In this document: one piece after another, positions 11,756-25,800 of the stretch
Layout: each line of letters begins with the position of its first letter
Numbering within the stretch: position 1 is the stretch's first letter
Assembly: GCA_010909165.1 (NCBI GenBank)
Contig: MU008165.1
Coordinates: 1,674,001 to 1,738,000, forward strand
Direction: 5' to 3'
DNA: 64,000 nucleotides
Origin: Anthoceros angustus
Taxonomy: Eukaryota; Plantae; Anthocerotophyta
Made by a program: the position numbers and the translations under genes
Notes under the pieces: model-generated
What the model saw: only the letters and a program-made list of their open reading frames with translations
Databases searched by the model: none
What the model was told of the DNA's origin: nothing

Positions 11756-14700
11756 GGCTTCTGACTCCCCATGGACTCTCGTGTCCTGCCACGCTACTGG
11801 CCCCGCTCCCTCGGCTCCTCTCACTGCCACCCAACAAGGCCCTGTGGTTGATCATCTCCTGTGCCCTTCTTCTCCTCCCCCGCCTTCAGATCCTTCCGGA
11901 GGTCCGTCCAACTGTCGTGGGTGACGCAGGACCTCTGTGGCCAGAAGTCACTAGTAGGCAACTTCGACTCTGTCGATAGCTCTTTCCACGTGCGCCCGGA
12001 GTAATCTGATATTCCCTTTGCATAGGTGCTCCAAGAAATTGAAAGCATGCCGCCCTACTTTCGTCTGTCTCTTTGCGTCTGCTGCTTGAGCCGGCATCCG
12101 CGAGGGCCGCCAGAGAGGCTCCTCACATTTCGGCCTGCCATCACTGCCCACCGCCCAGCCTCCCTTCGCTTCCGCCTCCTCGCCTTTCCTCGCCATGGCA
12201 TGGCCCTCCGCCTTCCTTAACTGGACTAGTAGCTTTCTTCTCGGGCCCAGGCCCTTGGCTCCTCCATTCATCCCGGCCTCAAGCTCCGCCATCTCCTTCC
12301 TAGGCGGTCCAGAACCACCCCTTGCTTTCCTAGGTCCTTCTCCATTTCGGCGACGTCTCGCCTTGTTCCATCGCCTTACCTCCTCGCCTGCGAGCCGAGT
12401 CACTCTATCGGCTCGTGATCGCGATCGCCACCCTCAAGACCCTGCTCTAATTTAAGTATCTTTGGAGCTCAAGGTCTCCTGCGTCTTCCATCTCTGCCCG
12501 TTCTCCACCACTGCAATCGAGCCGGAGATCCTTCATCTCCTTGTTCTTGGCCTCTTTCTTCGCATGGTTGGGTACTCGCTTCCGGCGCTCTCGCTCCGCT
12601 TTCAGTTGAGTTAGCCTTGTTTGCCTCCTCTCCCCTCCCGATTCGCCGGTAATGATCACGGTCGGTCTTAGCTGCTGCTTCCGCTTCCACACGCCCACTG
12701 AAAGCCATGCTTGGTGTTGTCATACGAGCCCCTCGGCGGTCTTGAGCCCGCTCACTTTGTCTTGGGCTTCCTCCAACTCTCCCCGCGCCCGCTACCGCGA
12801 GTTCTCAGCTTCGACCTTGGGCTTAATTGCTCAGACAGGAAGGACCTCGGGTCCGGTCTTCCGAATAGGGCCGACCTCCCGCCTCCGCTTTCCCGAAGCG
12901 TTTCCCTCCTCGATTCAGGGACTCGCTTCTTCTTGGGCGCCTCCACCGCCCTCACGGAGGAGCACCATGATGCCTCCTGGTGGCCTCTACGGGTCTTCTC
13001 TCGTCGTCCCGTGAGGCAGGAGCATACCATCCATGACGGCCAGGACTCACGATCTCTTCCACGGGCGTGGCCGGAGAGGCCCAAGAAATCCGTGAGTGCG
13101 GGCATCTCCTGTCCATAAGGGCGCTGATCGGGTGACTCGGGACTTGGCTCTCCCGGACTGAGCAGGACCTCAGGTCTGAGTGCCCTCATCCGGTCCTCCA
13201 CCTCCTTGGCTCTTTTGGCCACAACCTTCTCACTTTGCCTTAGATTTGGGGCTGGGCGGTGGTGAGGGGCCCGGCGGGCGATTTCCCTCTGCATGGACTC
13301 GGGCCCGATGTTGCGCCGCTGACCTCCCCGCGCCTTGGCGGCCCCGCCCCGCTCTTCTCACGGCTTCCTCCGCCTCCCGCCACTCCGTAAGTAGGGTGCA
13401 GGGAACCTGTGCGCTCCTTGGTGCTTCATTGGGCGGAGCCGTTTTCCGCCTCTTGGCGACTCTCGTCCGGGATGGCTCAGCCGATGGGGGTTAGTGGGTG
13501 GGCATCACAGTGAGCTCCCTTCCTGAGGTGCTCCGTCCGTCGCGGGTGCCTCCCCTTACGACACCGAGGAGGGAGGCAGGAATATCCTCCCATACCTCCC
13601 GGGGTGGTGGGGTCCGTTCAACCGAATAGAATCAGGATCCTTCCCAATCGTCCTCTTCGGGCCGTTTGGCCTTAGGAGGTCGGGACCTGGGCGCCGCCTC
13701 CTTCCCCGCCCCGCCTCGTGAGACGCTGAGCCCTTTGCGGAGCGCCCGCTCCTCTTCTCCCTCCTTCAGGAGGTTGAGGTGTCCCCATACATGGATGAGG
13801 AAGGGTGTCAGTGCTGACGGAGGAGGCTTCTCACTCCGCGCTTCTTGGCCTCCTGGTTGATCCTGGCGAAGATGATACGCCCCCAGTCGGCCCTCTTCCC
13901 TCGCTATAGGGCATGCAAAAACACCCGAAGATTGTCACCAAGGTGATCCACCTTGGTGAGCATGTTCCAATGGACAATGACCTTAGCCACCGCCCTCACC
14001 CGCCTATCCAACAGGTCCGACATCAACCAGCCGTTGGACGACCGTTGTGTCCCCGGCCTCAGCATGGCCGCCTTCGCTGCTTCCACCTTCCCCCTCACCT
14101 TGAGGGGTTCCGGGACTATGCCCCCAATTTCCTCCACTGGGCGGTTGTAAACCGCCCTCAGGACCTCTACGGTCCACCTCACGGGTCCTCCTCAAGCTCT
14201 TGAGCGCACTTGTTGGCGTGCCGATCTTCTGGCGTACTCTCGGACGAGCGCGACGCTGTTAAACGTCCACACCGCGCTGAAGATGTCTAAGTGCCATTTC
14301 TCCACCAGTTCTTCCGCCTCCTCCAGCCAGGGCCCGAAGTTGGGGTATCTTTTGGTGACGATGTTGCGCTCCACCAAGCGCCAGGGCTCCCATACCTCCA
14401 CTGCCTTCTTGGGTCCCATCTCTGCGCCTTTCTCGCTCTGCGGTTGAAAATTGAGCCCCGATACTCCGCTGTACTTCCGTCGTTGTGTTGGCCGCTCTAA
14501 CCACGAAGGTGAGCCGCGTGTGAGCGTGCCTTGGCTTGAAAAGCGCGGCGCAGTTGGGTGTCGGAGCGCGAGGCCGGCGCCGCGAGGTCGTGAGGAAGAA
14601 TGGCCTTCCCTCCGGCCTGTGACGTCGAGAGTAGTCGCTAGACGGGAGGGTGTCTCTTCTGCTCCGTGGCGCCGAGGCCTCGCATGGCGTCTTACGCCCG

Positions 14701-15042
14701 CCTGGGCTTATACCGCCATTTGAAGTCTTACGCCCGCACGCTATACGGCGTGAATACCGCCTAACACCACGCGGCAACCCCTACGGTCCTGGCTGCATGC
14801 GCCCACCCCGTCCCGGGCCCCTCACGCTCCGACTCCTAATTTACTTTACTTGGCGTACTTATCCCGTCCTACTCCGGAGTATAGCCCGGACTTACCCTGG
14901 GCACTCCGGAGTGCGGTCCGGCCTACTCCGGAGTGTGCTCCGGAGTACTTCTGTCGACTCTGGAGTGTAGTCCGGAGCACTTCGGACTTATTTCCTCCCT
15001 TCCGCCTTATTTTCTACTTCACGCCTACCAAAAATGGAGTGG
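11756..15042 (+). mobile_element. GC-rich 3' region of a probable Gypsy (Tat/Retand-like) element carrying an antisense extra ORF; copy 1
   Basis: Minus-strand degenerate ORF beginning 'MGPKKAVEVWEPWRLVERNIVTKRYPNFGPWLEEAEELVEKWHL', followed by charged/coiled-coil segments. CTCCGGAG short repeats at 14870-14990. A purine tract AAAAATGGAGTGG is followed by TGTT at 15043 (PPT/LTR-start-like). An inverted paralog lies at 16.7-19.8 kb. Confidence 0.55.
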
Positions 15043-15282
15043 TGTTCTCCTACCTGTTTCACCTGGTCCTCATCATGTTGATCCTCTTCCCGCTGATTTT
15101 GCTAATTATCCCATTTCTGATGGTGATTCTGGAGCACGGGTGTGTGCATGGTTTGGTGCCACACTTTTGTACCATATGGCAAAGTACATTTGGCTATCTT
15201 GTGATAGAGTATGAATGGTGTGAATATGAATTTTGAATGATTTACTTTTATATATTTTATCATGTATTTTTTATCTTATAGT

Positions 15283-15305
15283 ATTATTATTATTATTATT
15301 ATTAT
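15283..15305. repeat. (TAT)n microsatellite
   Basis: ATTATTATT... run visible directly in the sequence. Confidence 0.85.
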
Positions 15306-16693
15306 CTACTTTAACTTTCTACTTTTTACTTTAATCGTAAAACTTAACTTTGGGTAAGTCTAAATCAGCTCACTTTACCCGTTGACAATTGTGCCCACGA
15401 TTCGGACATTGATGCGTCTCACCTCTCTCTCCTTCCTCCTCGATCCTCGCCCGGCCTCCCTCCTCCTCCTCGCCTGTGTCCTTTGTTGCTTGTTGCCATG
15501 GCTCCTATAGGAGCACTCATCGCTTAAGGAAGCTCGCACTAAGCAGAGGCCAGGTGTAAGATCGAGCTACCCGATCGATGTCGAATCGATAAGCTACTCT
15601 ACCTTCGTGGCCAAGGTATGGAATTGGCACGATGGTGATGGAAGCTTCCGCGAGAAAGGCTTGGACGCTCGAAACGACAAGTTTTTGATGGGTTTGAAGG
15701 AGAGACTGGGAGGGCCAGACGTGTTGTCGGACGCCTTTGGCAAGGTACGAAACGAGAACATAGGCTTTGTATGGCAAGGCACATCCACAATACAACTAGC
15801 ATCAACACTGAGCCCGTAGCACCATCATATAGCATGAGCAGCGTTGCACCAGCATGCACCAAGCACTAACACCCCCACCGATTTATGCACGCTGTGAGAT
15901 GAAGTGGGACAAGAGCCCCACGAAATCGATCGCACGCGGTTGAACAACTAGCACCCCCTTCAACAGCCACCACCTATGCTTAAATCCGGTAGCTACACAT
16001 AGCTTACACATGCACTAAGCCCTAACAGATCCGACGACTGTAGAATGTTGGAAGATGAAGCAAGACATCAGCCTGAAAAGAGGAAATCATGGAAGCACTA
16101 TACAGTAAGATAATTACCACCAGAATCAGCATCCAGCACCTATGCTTAAGCTTGCATCCAACATCCACCAGCGTAATTAGATTACCACCAGCCACTACTA
16201 CATTATGCAATGAAATATGACGAGGCAGTTATGACACGGGCACTGCTGCCCCAGGAGTGGTTGCTGCAAAAGACATCTACAGCCATCTATGACAATCTGC
16301 ACTGGCCGTGATAATCCATTAAAGACGCCCAAGGCCATGTCTTAAGTCATGACATTTCCGCCTTGTCCTTGGTTGCCCTCTTTGACCGCCTGCCAACTCG
16401 GTAGAGGCGTGCAATTGCCGGTATCTCAACGGGGTGCCATACCCGGGGGTTGAGAGTGCCAACACCATGGATATTCTAGTGTCCCGTGGCGTCATGACAA
16501 ATGGTCCGGTGACTGGATATGGAAAGTTTACGCTTGCGCTTGTTTGCCGGCCGGTGTGAAGTCCGCCAGTCCGCCTGGGCTGACGGACGTCCGCTGAGGC
16601 ACACACCTTCGGCGTGGCCGTCAACGGCCATCGCGGGCTATGGACTTTGGGGGTTAGGAAACAAGTGGGGTTTTGTTTTTTCGAAAATAAATA

Positions 16694-19600
16694 GTAAAAT
16701 AAGGCGAAGGAGGAATAAGCACGATGGTGCTCCGGACTGGCCCGGAGTATACTCCGACCGGAGGGTAACGGACCCCGGTACCACTATGACGAGCCCGATC
16801 ACGACCGTAACGGATAAGTCCGGACCCCACCCGGTCAAAACAGATAAGTACGCCAGTGAAAGTAATTTAGAAGTTGAGTCGTGAGGATGCATCAAGCGGC
16901 GCCACGGACGGCCCCGAGTGGAGGTCGGGCATGCAGCAGCCAGACCGATGCCGTGGCTATAAGGTGTATTCACGCCCGCGATCGCGCGGCGCCAGGCGTA
17001 AAGGCCGCATGCGGGCGGCGTAAGGTCGAGTAAGCCATGCACTGCGCCACGACAGGAAGAGGCACCTTCCCGCCCAGCGGTTACTTCCAACGGCGCGGCC
17101 GACGAGGAGGGTCATTTCTCCCGCGACCTCACCGCAGCCTCTTGCGCCCGCAACCCGCTCGCGCTATCTCTTTGAACGCCAGCATCTGCGGCTCACCGCT
17201 GGGGTTGGAGCAACGAACGCGGCAAGAGGGCGATCGTGCGCCGTCTCCGCAAGCCGACGAAGGAGAAGAAGGCGATGGCACCCAAAAAGGTCATGAGGTC
17301 CGGGAGCCATGGAACCCGGTAGAGCGCAACATTGTGACCCGCGCTATCCGACTTTGGGCCATGGCCGAGGAAGCGGGAGGATTAGTCGAGAGTGGCACTT
17401 AGACGTGTTCCAGTCGTCTCGACGCTTGACAAGGTCACCGTCCGGAGTTCGCCAAGATGTTGGCGCGGCCAACAAGGAGGTTCGTCCAAGAACCTCCGGA
17501 GGATCCGCGATGGACCTTGAGGTCCCGAGGCGGCCTACAACCGCCCAAAGGAGGATGGGGCGAGTCCCAGCCCTCAAGGCGAGGGAAAGATAGAGGCAAG
17601 GGCGCGGCGTCGAGGCCCGAACGCAGCGACAACCAACGGCCGGTTGATACCTGACCGACAAGGGTGAGGGCAGAGTCCCGATCATTGTCCATCGAACTTG
17701 CTCACCAAGGTGGATCACCTTGGTGATAATTTGTTGGTGTTCCCGCATGCGCTGCGCTGGGCAAGAGGGCGGACTGGGAAGGATCATCTTCGCCTCGCCC
17801 AGAGGCCCCAAGCCGAGGAGCGAGAAGCCTCGCTGACTATCCCCATACCGATCCATGTATGGGGACATTACGAGCTCAAGGATGGGGAGGTAGAGCGGCG
17901 CCCGGAAGGGCTGGCGGCCCTACTGAAGCGGAGCGGCAAGGGCGCCGAGAGGCCCACCCCTAGGGCCAAACGGTCCGGAGGAGGACGATCGAAGGGATAC
18001 CTGACCCATACGCCCCGAACGGACCCCTCACCACCTAGGGAAGTGTGGAAGATATCCCCGCCTCCTCTCGGTGCCTCGCCGAGCAAGCAGCAGAGAGACG
18101 GCCCGACGCCCACACACCACCACAACGGCAAGAGAGGAGCCCGACGAACTCGCGGCACCAAGAGGCGGAAGACGGCCATCCGCTAACGCAAAGACCTCGG
18201 TGCTCAGGCTCTCCCGCCACGGAGTGGCAAGAGGTCAAGAGGCGGTAAGAAGAGCGTAAAGGGACGCCGCCAAGGAGCAGGAGGTCACCGGGCAAGAACC
18301 CCACTCGAGCCGGGTCCTGCCGACCGGAGAGGCAAGGCCGCCTCAACCCTCACCCTCCGAGCCCTGTGACAAAGAGGGCAATAAGGAATTGGCGCCAAGA
18401 GGGCCAAGGAGGGTGAAGCTCGACAATCGTGACCTAAGGGGCCCCGATTAGGTCCGGAGAACCCACCGACTTACTCCGGATCATGTATGGAGGTCCTGGC
18501 GGACCGTGAGATGCCCGCCTCCCACTACGGACTTTTGGGGTCTCACTGGCGGCCGTGGAAGAGACACGGGTCCTGCTACCGCCATGGACAGATGCTTTGG
18601 GGTCTCGCATGCCCGAGAAGACCTGTGAAGTAGAAGCCACCAGAGGCGATGGTGCCCTCCAGAGTGCTTGGAGGGCCTGTGAGGCAAGGAGGAAGGCAAG
18701 CCTCGGCCGCATCAAGAAGGGAAACGCCGGAGGCCGAGAGGGAAGTCCGTCCATTCGACAGACTGACTAAATTCCTTCACCGGGTGAGCAACAAGGTGCA
18801 TGAGGCCCAAGCACGGTCAAGACCGCAGTGAGAGGGGTAGCGCACAGAGGCAGGAGGCCCGGGCGCAAGCGGAGAAGGCTCGTGACTGCCGGAGGCGGCC
18901 CGGCCGACTCCAAGCGGGCGAAGCCTGTGAAGGCGGGAGGCGGGTAAGCCGCTAAGATCGACCGCGATCACTATCGGCGTGATCGAACCGTGGAGGGAGA
19001 CGGCAGGATAGCCGCTAACTCAAGAAGGAGCAGGAGGCGGCGAGCAAAGGGCCGGGCCCATGCCGAGGAGAAGGAAGCCCGCGACAAGGAGAGATGGAGG
19101 ATCTCCGCCCCGCATGAGGTGGAGCGCGTGAGATGGAAGACCGAAGAGACTCGAGTCAGCCCAAGTTACCATTGAGAGGAATGGTACTGCAGGCGTGATC
19201 ACGGATCACGAACGAGAATAGAGCGGCCCAGCTGCTGGCGGACGGAGGAGGTAAGGCGATGGCGGAACAGGAGCGTGACGTCAAATGGAGAAGGACTCGG
19301 CCCGCACCGGGCAGAGTTGCCCGACCGCCTGGAGAGGGAGATGGCGAGCTAACGCCGTAATGAACGGGAGCGAGAGCACCGGACGCAAAAGAAGCTGGGT
19401 CCGCCAAGGAAGGAAGGAGCGCCGCGCTATGGCGGTAAGCGGGCAGAGCGAAACGACGGAGCCGGAGCAAAGTGGAGCAACAACAAGGGTTGCAGAGGTG
19501 ACCGAGGCCTTGTGGCCTCGCGAGATTCGGCCCGCCCACAACTCGGAGGGATGGTCCAAGAAGACAAAGACGCAGCCCCGAGCACCAATGGAAGGAGTAT

Positions 19601-20540
19601 CGGTGCTCGCACATGTGGAAGAGGCAATCCAAAGAATTGACTCGGATTTTGCCTACTACCACGCCGAGCTCCTTAAGGCATTGAAGCCTCACCCGCCACA
19701 TACCTGGACGGACCCCCAGAAGGCTCAGAAGGGGATGAAGGGCATGGGGACAGCACGGGGACCCTAGTGGCCCTGTTTGGAGACGACGGTAGCGGGGGAG
19801 AAGAGCCTCAGGAGGAGCAGGACGCGGCCAATACAACGAATCTCAGGGTAAGTCCACTGCAACCTGCTCGGGAGGATAGAGGCGGCGGCCCTGAAAGGGG
19901 CGCGGAAGGAGGAAGCCAACCCGACCCAAGACAAGGGTCGGTTGGAAGGGATGAGGACCTAGCAAGAAGAGGTCCGCAGACAAGGGGTCCGGAGCTTGGG
20001 GACCTGGACCCCTGCAGTTCGACCCGAGGTCCGAACCCAGATGAGACCGACCCAGCAGATCGGACTGTGAAATAAGGCACTCCCGGAGTCTGAGACGACC
20101 TCGAGGTCCGGACTGGAAGCAAGGAGGAGTCCCTCCGACTTACGCTGGGAGCGATAATGCAGTGGCCCTACTGAAGGGGGACCCATCAGCCGTGGGGACG
20201 ATAGGGTAACGGGTCGCCGACCGCACGTAGAGCTCCAACCTCGGCTGTGATTCCGGAAGAGGAAGGGGTCTCGCGGATCATCCGATTGCGCGCCTGAACT
20301 GCTGTATGGGAGATTGACCACCAATCCCGAGGCGGAACCTGTGACCTTCCTGTGCCCACCCACGACGAAGGAGATAGGAGGGAGGAATAGGATGGTAGGC
20401 GGCCGACATGCATCGAGGGCCACCACCGTAATAGGGGTGTAATAAAGACGCCGACTTGGGCGAGTATAAGAGGGCCGAGGTCGCCGGAATAAATCATCTT
20501 CTTGGTGTTGATGTCGCGCTTGCACCTTGTGTGTCTTCCC
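16694..20540 (-). mobile_element. Second, inverted copy of the Gypsy-like 3' region, nested in or captured by the CACTA
   Basis: Homologous to the reverse complement of 11.8-15.0 kb (e.g. 'EPWNPVERNIVT', 'LTKVDHLGDNL'). 20250-20530 on the minus strand resembles a decayed integrase C-terminus ('GDL..LYSPK'). Many indels. Confidence 0.6.
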
Positions 20541-20788
20541 TAACGTGAGTCCCGAGTCATCGAAAGTGCACGACTCAAGAGACTAATCAAGGTCCCGTGA
20601 CGGACCCAACGTGGTGGTGGTGTGTGAAGAGCGACTGGGACCCGTGTTCGCCCGCAGCAGCCGCCCGAGCGGACCGAACGTGAGCCGGAGGAACTCCGGA
20701 GGGCGCAGAGCAACGGAGAGGCCCGTTGAGCAACGAGGAGGTCCGGACCGTAGCACTTCATGCTCTTTTCCAAGGTTGATGAGCGAGC

Positions 20789-22626
20789 GAGTGATGAGAG
20801 GAACGGACTAAAGGGGTACGCGGCGGAAACGACACGGACGCAAACGGGTCTCAAACGCTTGGCCACACCGGCCTTATTGAACGTTATGAGTAGTTAGGAC
20901 GAAACGACGATTGCGTGTAAAGTAGTTGAGCGACGCAAAGTAAGGATCTTGAACGCTGCAAACTGGAGCTTATCTCCTGAACTAACTTCACTACAACGAC
21001 ACGGATTGTGCGCTACCTGGGTCAATGGAAGTCACGCCTACGGGCCTACAAAGTAGGTTTACAACGGGTGATGACCACGGATGATGGAGCCATTCCTTCA
21101 AAGGCAAGCCACCCACGATCACGGGATGGAGCCTCCCGCCCCGACCGATGATCCCACGGTGCTTTGTGAATGCCCGGTTGCGCGGGAGCATACAATAATC
21201 CGGAAATGACATCGCCGCAAGGCATAGGTGTCATGCGCGCCTTTCCTCGGAGGTAGGACCTCTGCAATGGCAACTTAACTCAAATTTCGATGAATTCTCG
21301 TAATGAGCCCATGTTGAATGTGATTGTCGCAGCACCTGGCCGACGAATTGACCAAACAGTCTTCCTATCGCTAGCTAGGTGATGTGGCATGGCACCGAGA
21401 TGGCCACCGTCCCACTCACTGCCTCTACCATTTCAAGCAGCAGTCACGAGAGGAGGTTCCAACTCCCCAAATTTCAATGCGACTACGGGGATCATGACCC
21501 CATGGTTGGGAATGTGAGTAATGGCCAGACGCAGGAGTTCCTCCCACTTGTTCGCCGGGAAATGGGGCATGGCACTGCTACAAGGTGGAGGCCCATGGCC
21601 TGTGCCCGCGAGCTCTGTCATGGGAGTTCCATCGGCAGAGGCTGCCTCAAGAGGCTGCGAGGACCCCGCTTTGAAGACCAAGGTGTGTAATCCACCACAC
21701 CGACTGCCCGCCGTGTTGCCTCCTCGCCATCCAAGACCGCCACAAGGTGTCTGGCCGGAATGATGCACTTTTTGGCTCTTATGGGGGCAATCCTTCCTGA
21801 ACATTATATGCCCCTTCACGTCCTGGGATAAGAATATGCTCCGCAGATTGGGCAAACTTGCATCCGCATCGACGCTGGGAGACCCGCTTCTTTTTGGGGC
21901 CTAATGAGGACATTGTTTCAGCGTCTCAGGAGAACCCCGCTATCAGACGAGTGCAATGGGGCAACCAAGGCCTGTGAAGACGATGTTCTACTCCCGCCAT
22001 ACGGGCGCCTTCGACGTAATGTTTGCTTGCCCAAGCATAGCGTGGCGACTTACATGGTGGAAGACCCACAGAGCACCGGCGGCCAGCCCGAATCATGGCG
22101 TAATGCTAAGGTACTGGCGGGGTCGAGGGTTTTGCAGAGGACCGGAACATATCGTTTCATCTCAACGGACGGCTTCTAATCCGGCCGGGCATCGTTCTTC
22201 ATCGATTCTATCTCGCCGGCTTTTCTTTTGATCCATAACTCGCCTTTGGCTTACCACAAGATGCATAGAATTCTCATGCCAATCATTATACCCGTCCCAA
22301 AACAAGTCAAGAATATGGATGTGTACTTGGGTCCATTGATAGAGGAACTTGCCACCCGGTGTGTCCTGAGGTGGACCACTCACCCGGTGACCGGACACTT
22401 TTTGTCCTCGTGGCTGCCTTGCTCCATGCCACATGTGATTATCCAGGTCTTGGAGCCCTATTCGGGCCCCAAGTTCGAGGATATCGATGTTGTATTGATT
22501 GTGGGCAGGAGTTACAGCCGCGGTGGTCCACCGCCTTGGAAAAGATTATTGTTGAAGGACACCGCAGGTGGTGCCTCGACGACCAAGACCCTCCACGCGC
22601 GAACATGTTGAGTTCTTCAACAATAG
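20789..22626 (+). repeat. ~1.84-kb indel-rich tandem duplicate of the transposase 5' region (second copy 22627-~24490)
   Basis: Both copies start at GAGTGATGAGAGGA.CGGACTAAAGGGG and share 'MDVYLGPLIEELAT' and 'EPYSGPKFEDIDVVLIVG' blocks. Confidence 0.9.
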
Positions 22627-22899
22627 AGTGATGAGAGGAGCGGACTAAAGGGGTGAGTGACGCGGAACGGAAACACGGACGCAACGGGTCCTTAAACGCT
22701 TGGCCACCGGCCTGTTCGAACGTTATGAGTAGTTAGACGAAACGACGATTGCGTTAAAGAAGTTGAGCTGACGCAAAGTAAGGATCGGTCGAACGCGGCA
22801 AACTGGAGCTTTCATTCTCTCGAACGCGACTCTTTACTACGACACGGATTGGCGCGCCTACCGTCAATGAAAGTCACGCCCAGCCTACCAAAGTAGGTT

Positions 22900-25800
22900 T
22901 ACAACGGGTGACCGCTTACCGTGATGGAGCCATTCCTTCAAAGGCAAGCCACTCCACGATCGGGATGGAGCCTCCCGCCCACCGGATCCCACGAGTGCTT
23001 GGCGACGTTGCAGGGAGCACACAATGAATCCGGTGACATCGCCGCAAGGCATAGGTGTCATGGGCGCATGCGGAGGTAGGACCTCCGCAGGCAACTGCGG
23101 CTCAAATTTGGATGAATTCTTGGTAATGAGCCCATGTCGAATGTGATTGTCGCAGTCGGCACGACCCCATTGACCAAACAGTCTTCCTATCGCGTTAGGT
23201 GATGCTGGCAGCACCGAGATGCCACCGTCCCGACCACTGCCTCTACCATTTCAGCAGTCGCCGAGGAGGTTCCAATCCCCAAATTTCAATGCGACTACGG
23301 GGATCATGACCCCATGGTTGGGAATGTGAGTAATGGCTGTGACGCAGGAGTTCCTCCCACTTGTTCGCCGAAATGGGGCATGGCACCCAAGGTGGAGGCC
23401 AGATGGCCCAAAGGCCCGCGAGCTCGTCATGGGAGTTCCATCGGCCGAGGCTGCCTTGAAGAGGCTGAGGACCCCGCTTTGGAAGACCGAAGGGTGTGAG
23501 CAATCCGACCACACCCGACTGTCCGCCGTGTTGGCCCTCCTCGCCATCCAAGACCGCTACAAGGTGTCTGATGCCGGAATGACTGCAATTTTTGGCCTCC
23601 TTGCGGGGGCAATCCTTCCTCGGGGGAACATTATATGCCCCCTTCACGTCCGGCAGTCAAGAATATGCTCCTGCAGATTGGGCAAACTTGCATCCGCATT
23701 GACGCTTGTGTGGGAGACTGCCTTCTTTTTTGGGGGGCTCGCAATGAGGACATTGTTTGTGCGTTCTGTGGAGAACCCCGCTATCGTACGGGTGCAATGG
23801 GGCAACCAGTGCCCAGGAAGACGATGTTCTACTTCCCAGTTACGGGGCGTCTTCGACGAATGTTTGCTTGCCCAAGCATAGCGTGACAGCTTACATGGTG
23901 GAAGACCCACAGGAGCACTGACGGCCAGCTCCGAATCATGGCAGACACTCCTGCTTGGAAGGTACTCGATGGGGTCGAGGGTTTCGGCGGAGAGGACCGG
24001 AACATTCGGTTTGGCATCTCAACGGACGGCTTCAATCCGTCGGGGCATCGTTCTTCATCGTATTCTATCTGGCCGGTTCTTCTTTTGATCCATAATCTCC
24101 CGCCGTAGCTTACCACAAAGATGCACGAATTCTCATGCCAATCATTATACCGGTCCAAAACAAGTCAAGAATATGGATGTGTACTTGGGTCCATTGATAG
24201 AGGAACTTGCCACCTTGTGGTGTGTCCCTAGTGGACCACTCCGGGTTGGTGACCGGGACACTTTTTGTCCTCGTGCCTTGCTCCATGCCACATGTGATTA
24301 TCAGGTCTTGGAGCCCTATTCGGGCCCCAAGTTCGAGGATATCGATGTTGTATTGATTGTGGGCAGGAGTTACAGCCGCGGTGGTCCACCGCCTTGGAAA
24401 AGATTATTGTTGAAGGACACCGCAGGTGGTGCCCTGACGACCAAGACCCTCGTCGTCGCGAACATGTTGAGTTCTTCAACAACAGTAGTGAGATGAGACC
24501 CCCACTGCTCGAAGTCTCCGTCCCAGTTGCCATGGCCGAAATGAATGATTGGGCGAACGCCCATCCGGGAGAGCGACAAAATGCCAGGGCATGGGGCGTG
24601 AAACGAATGTCCGCTATTTTGCAGAATTTGCCATACCTGGCAAATATACCCAAATTGTGGTTGAAGGATGTGATGCATACAGAGGTGAATAACTGCCAAG
24701 CATTTTGGAAGATATGGACTGGGCAATGGGACACCCACAATGCAAGGGTTGGTCTGATGAATTTAGACTCCAAACCATGGTGTGGCTCAGATGGGACGAT
24801 AGGGGAAGTTTCATCTACCGGACGCGTCCTATACACTATCCAAGGACGCCATCCAATGTGTCAAAGATGAGCTCGGCCGGATCAGGCCTCCAACAGGGTT
24901 TGGGTGTCACATCGGCGCATGTTTCCGGGCCCAAAAGTTTGTGGCCTCAAAAGCCACGACTGGCACCTACTCATGCAGTACTTCTTCCCCATCGCGTTGC
25001 GCCACTACTTATCAGGCCCGGAGTATGACAGTTTCGTTCGGGTAAGCTCCATTTATCGCTAGATTTGCCAAAAGGCAATCAAACCTGAGGAGATTCCGAT
25101 CATGAAGGCGAAGCTGACAAGCACAGTCATCGACCTCGAGCAATACTACCCTTCAAATCTGTGGAATCCTATGCAGAATTTGTTTATTCACCTTATTGAC
25201 GAGGTCTAGACGCACGGCACCGTGCACGCCCGGTGGATGTACCCTATCGCGCCACATCCATGTACTTAAGCAGTCAATCCGCCAGCGCATCGTCGCGAGG
25301 AATGGTCGAATCTATCCCAATACGGGGACATCCGGGCTATTGTCAATGGCCCAAAGCAGGTAGTGAGGTCATACCAGGGACTGGAAATAATGGGATGGCA
25401 TTTCCGCATAGTAGAAGGCGATGCATCCCGAAAAGTATCACAGGATAGTTGGGTATTTGGGACATTCGACATGGCTGACCAACCTGTCTAATTTTACGGC
25501 CAAGTCAAAGAGATTCTGGACGTGCCCTTTGAAGGCGGTGGCTTCAGTGCATTCGTGTTGCACATTAATTGGTTCGAATGCGCAACCGAGGGGCCCCGCA
25601 TATCGATGGCAGCAGACATAAGCGGCTTCACTGCCGTGGATTCTCGTCGGGCTTATCGCTATCGCAGAGATCATATGATGGGCCCATATACTTTTCCCAG
25701 GCACGTACGCGTCCAGCAAGCGTTGGCACACCGAGACTCGGGCCCAGGGCGTGGGGGCTAGTTCATTTGCACGCCTGCCTGTCGCTACCGGGATTCGCCT

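Noticed and set aside
15043-15760. Candidate 718-bp LTR bounded by TGTTCTC...GAGAACA
   Set aside because: Only a 7-bp match, with no second LTR copy or TSD in the window, and the right end lies within coding-looking sequence. It could be chance.
12000-20100. Many overlapping 60-220-aa ORFs as independent genes
   Set aside because: A by-product of high GC content and frameshifts within two copies of one retroelement-derived ORF.
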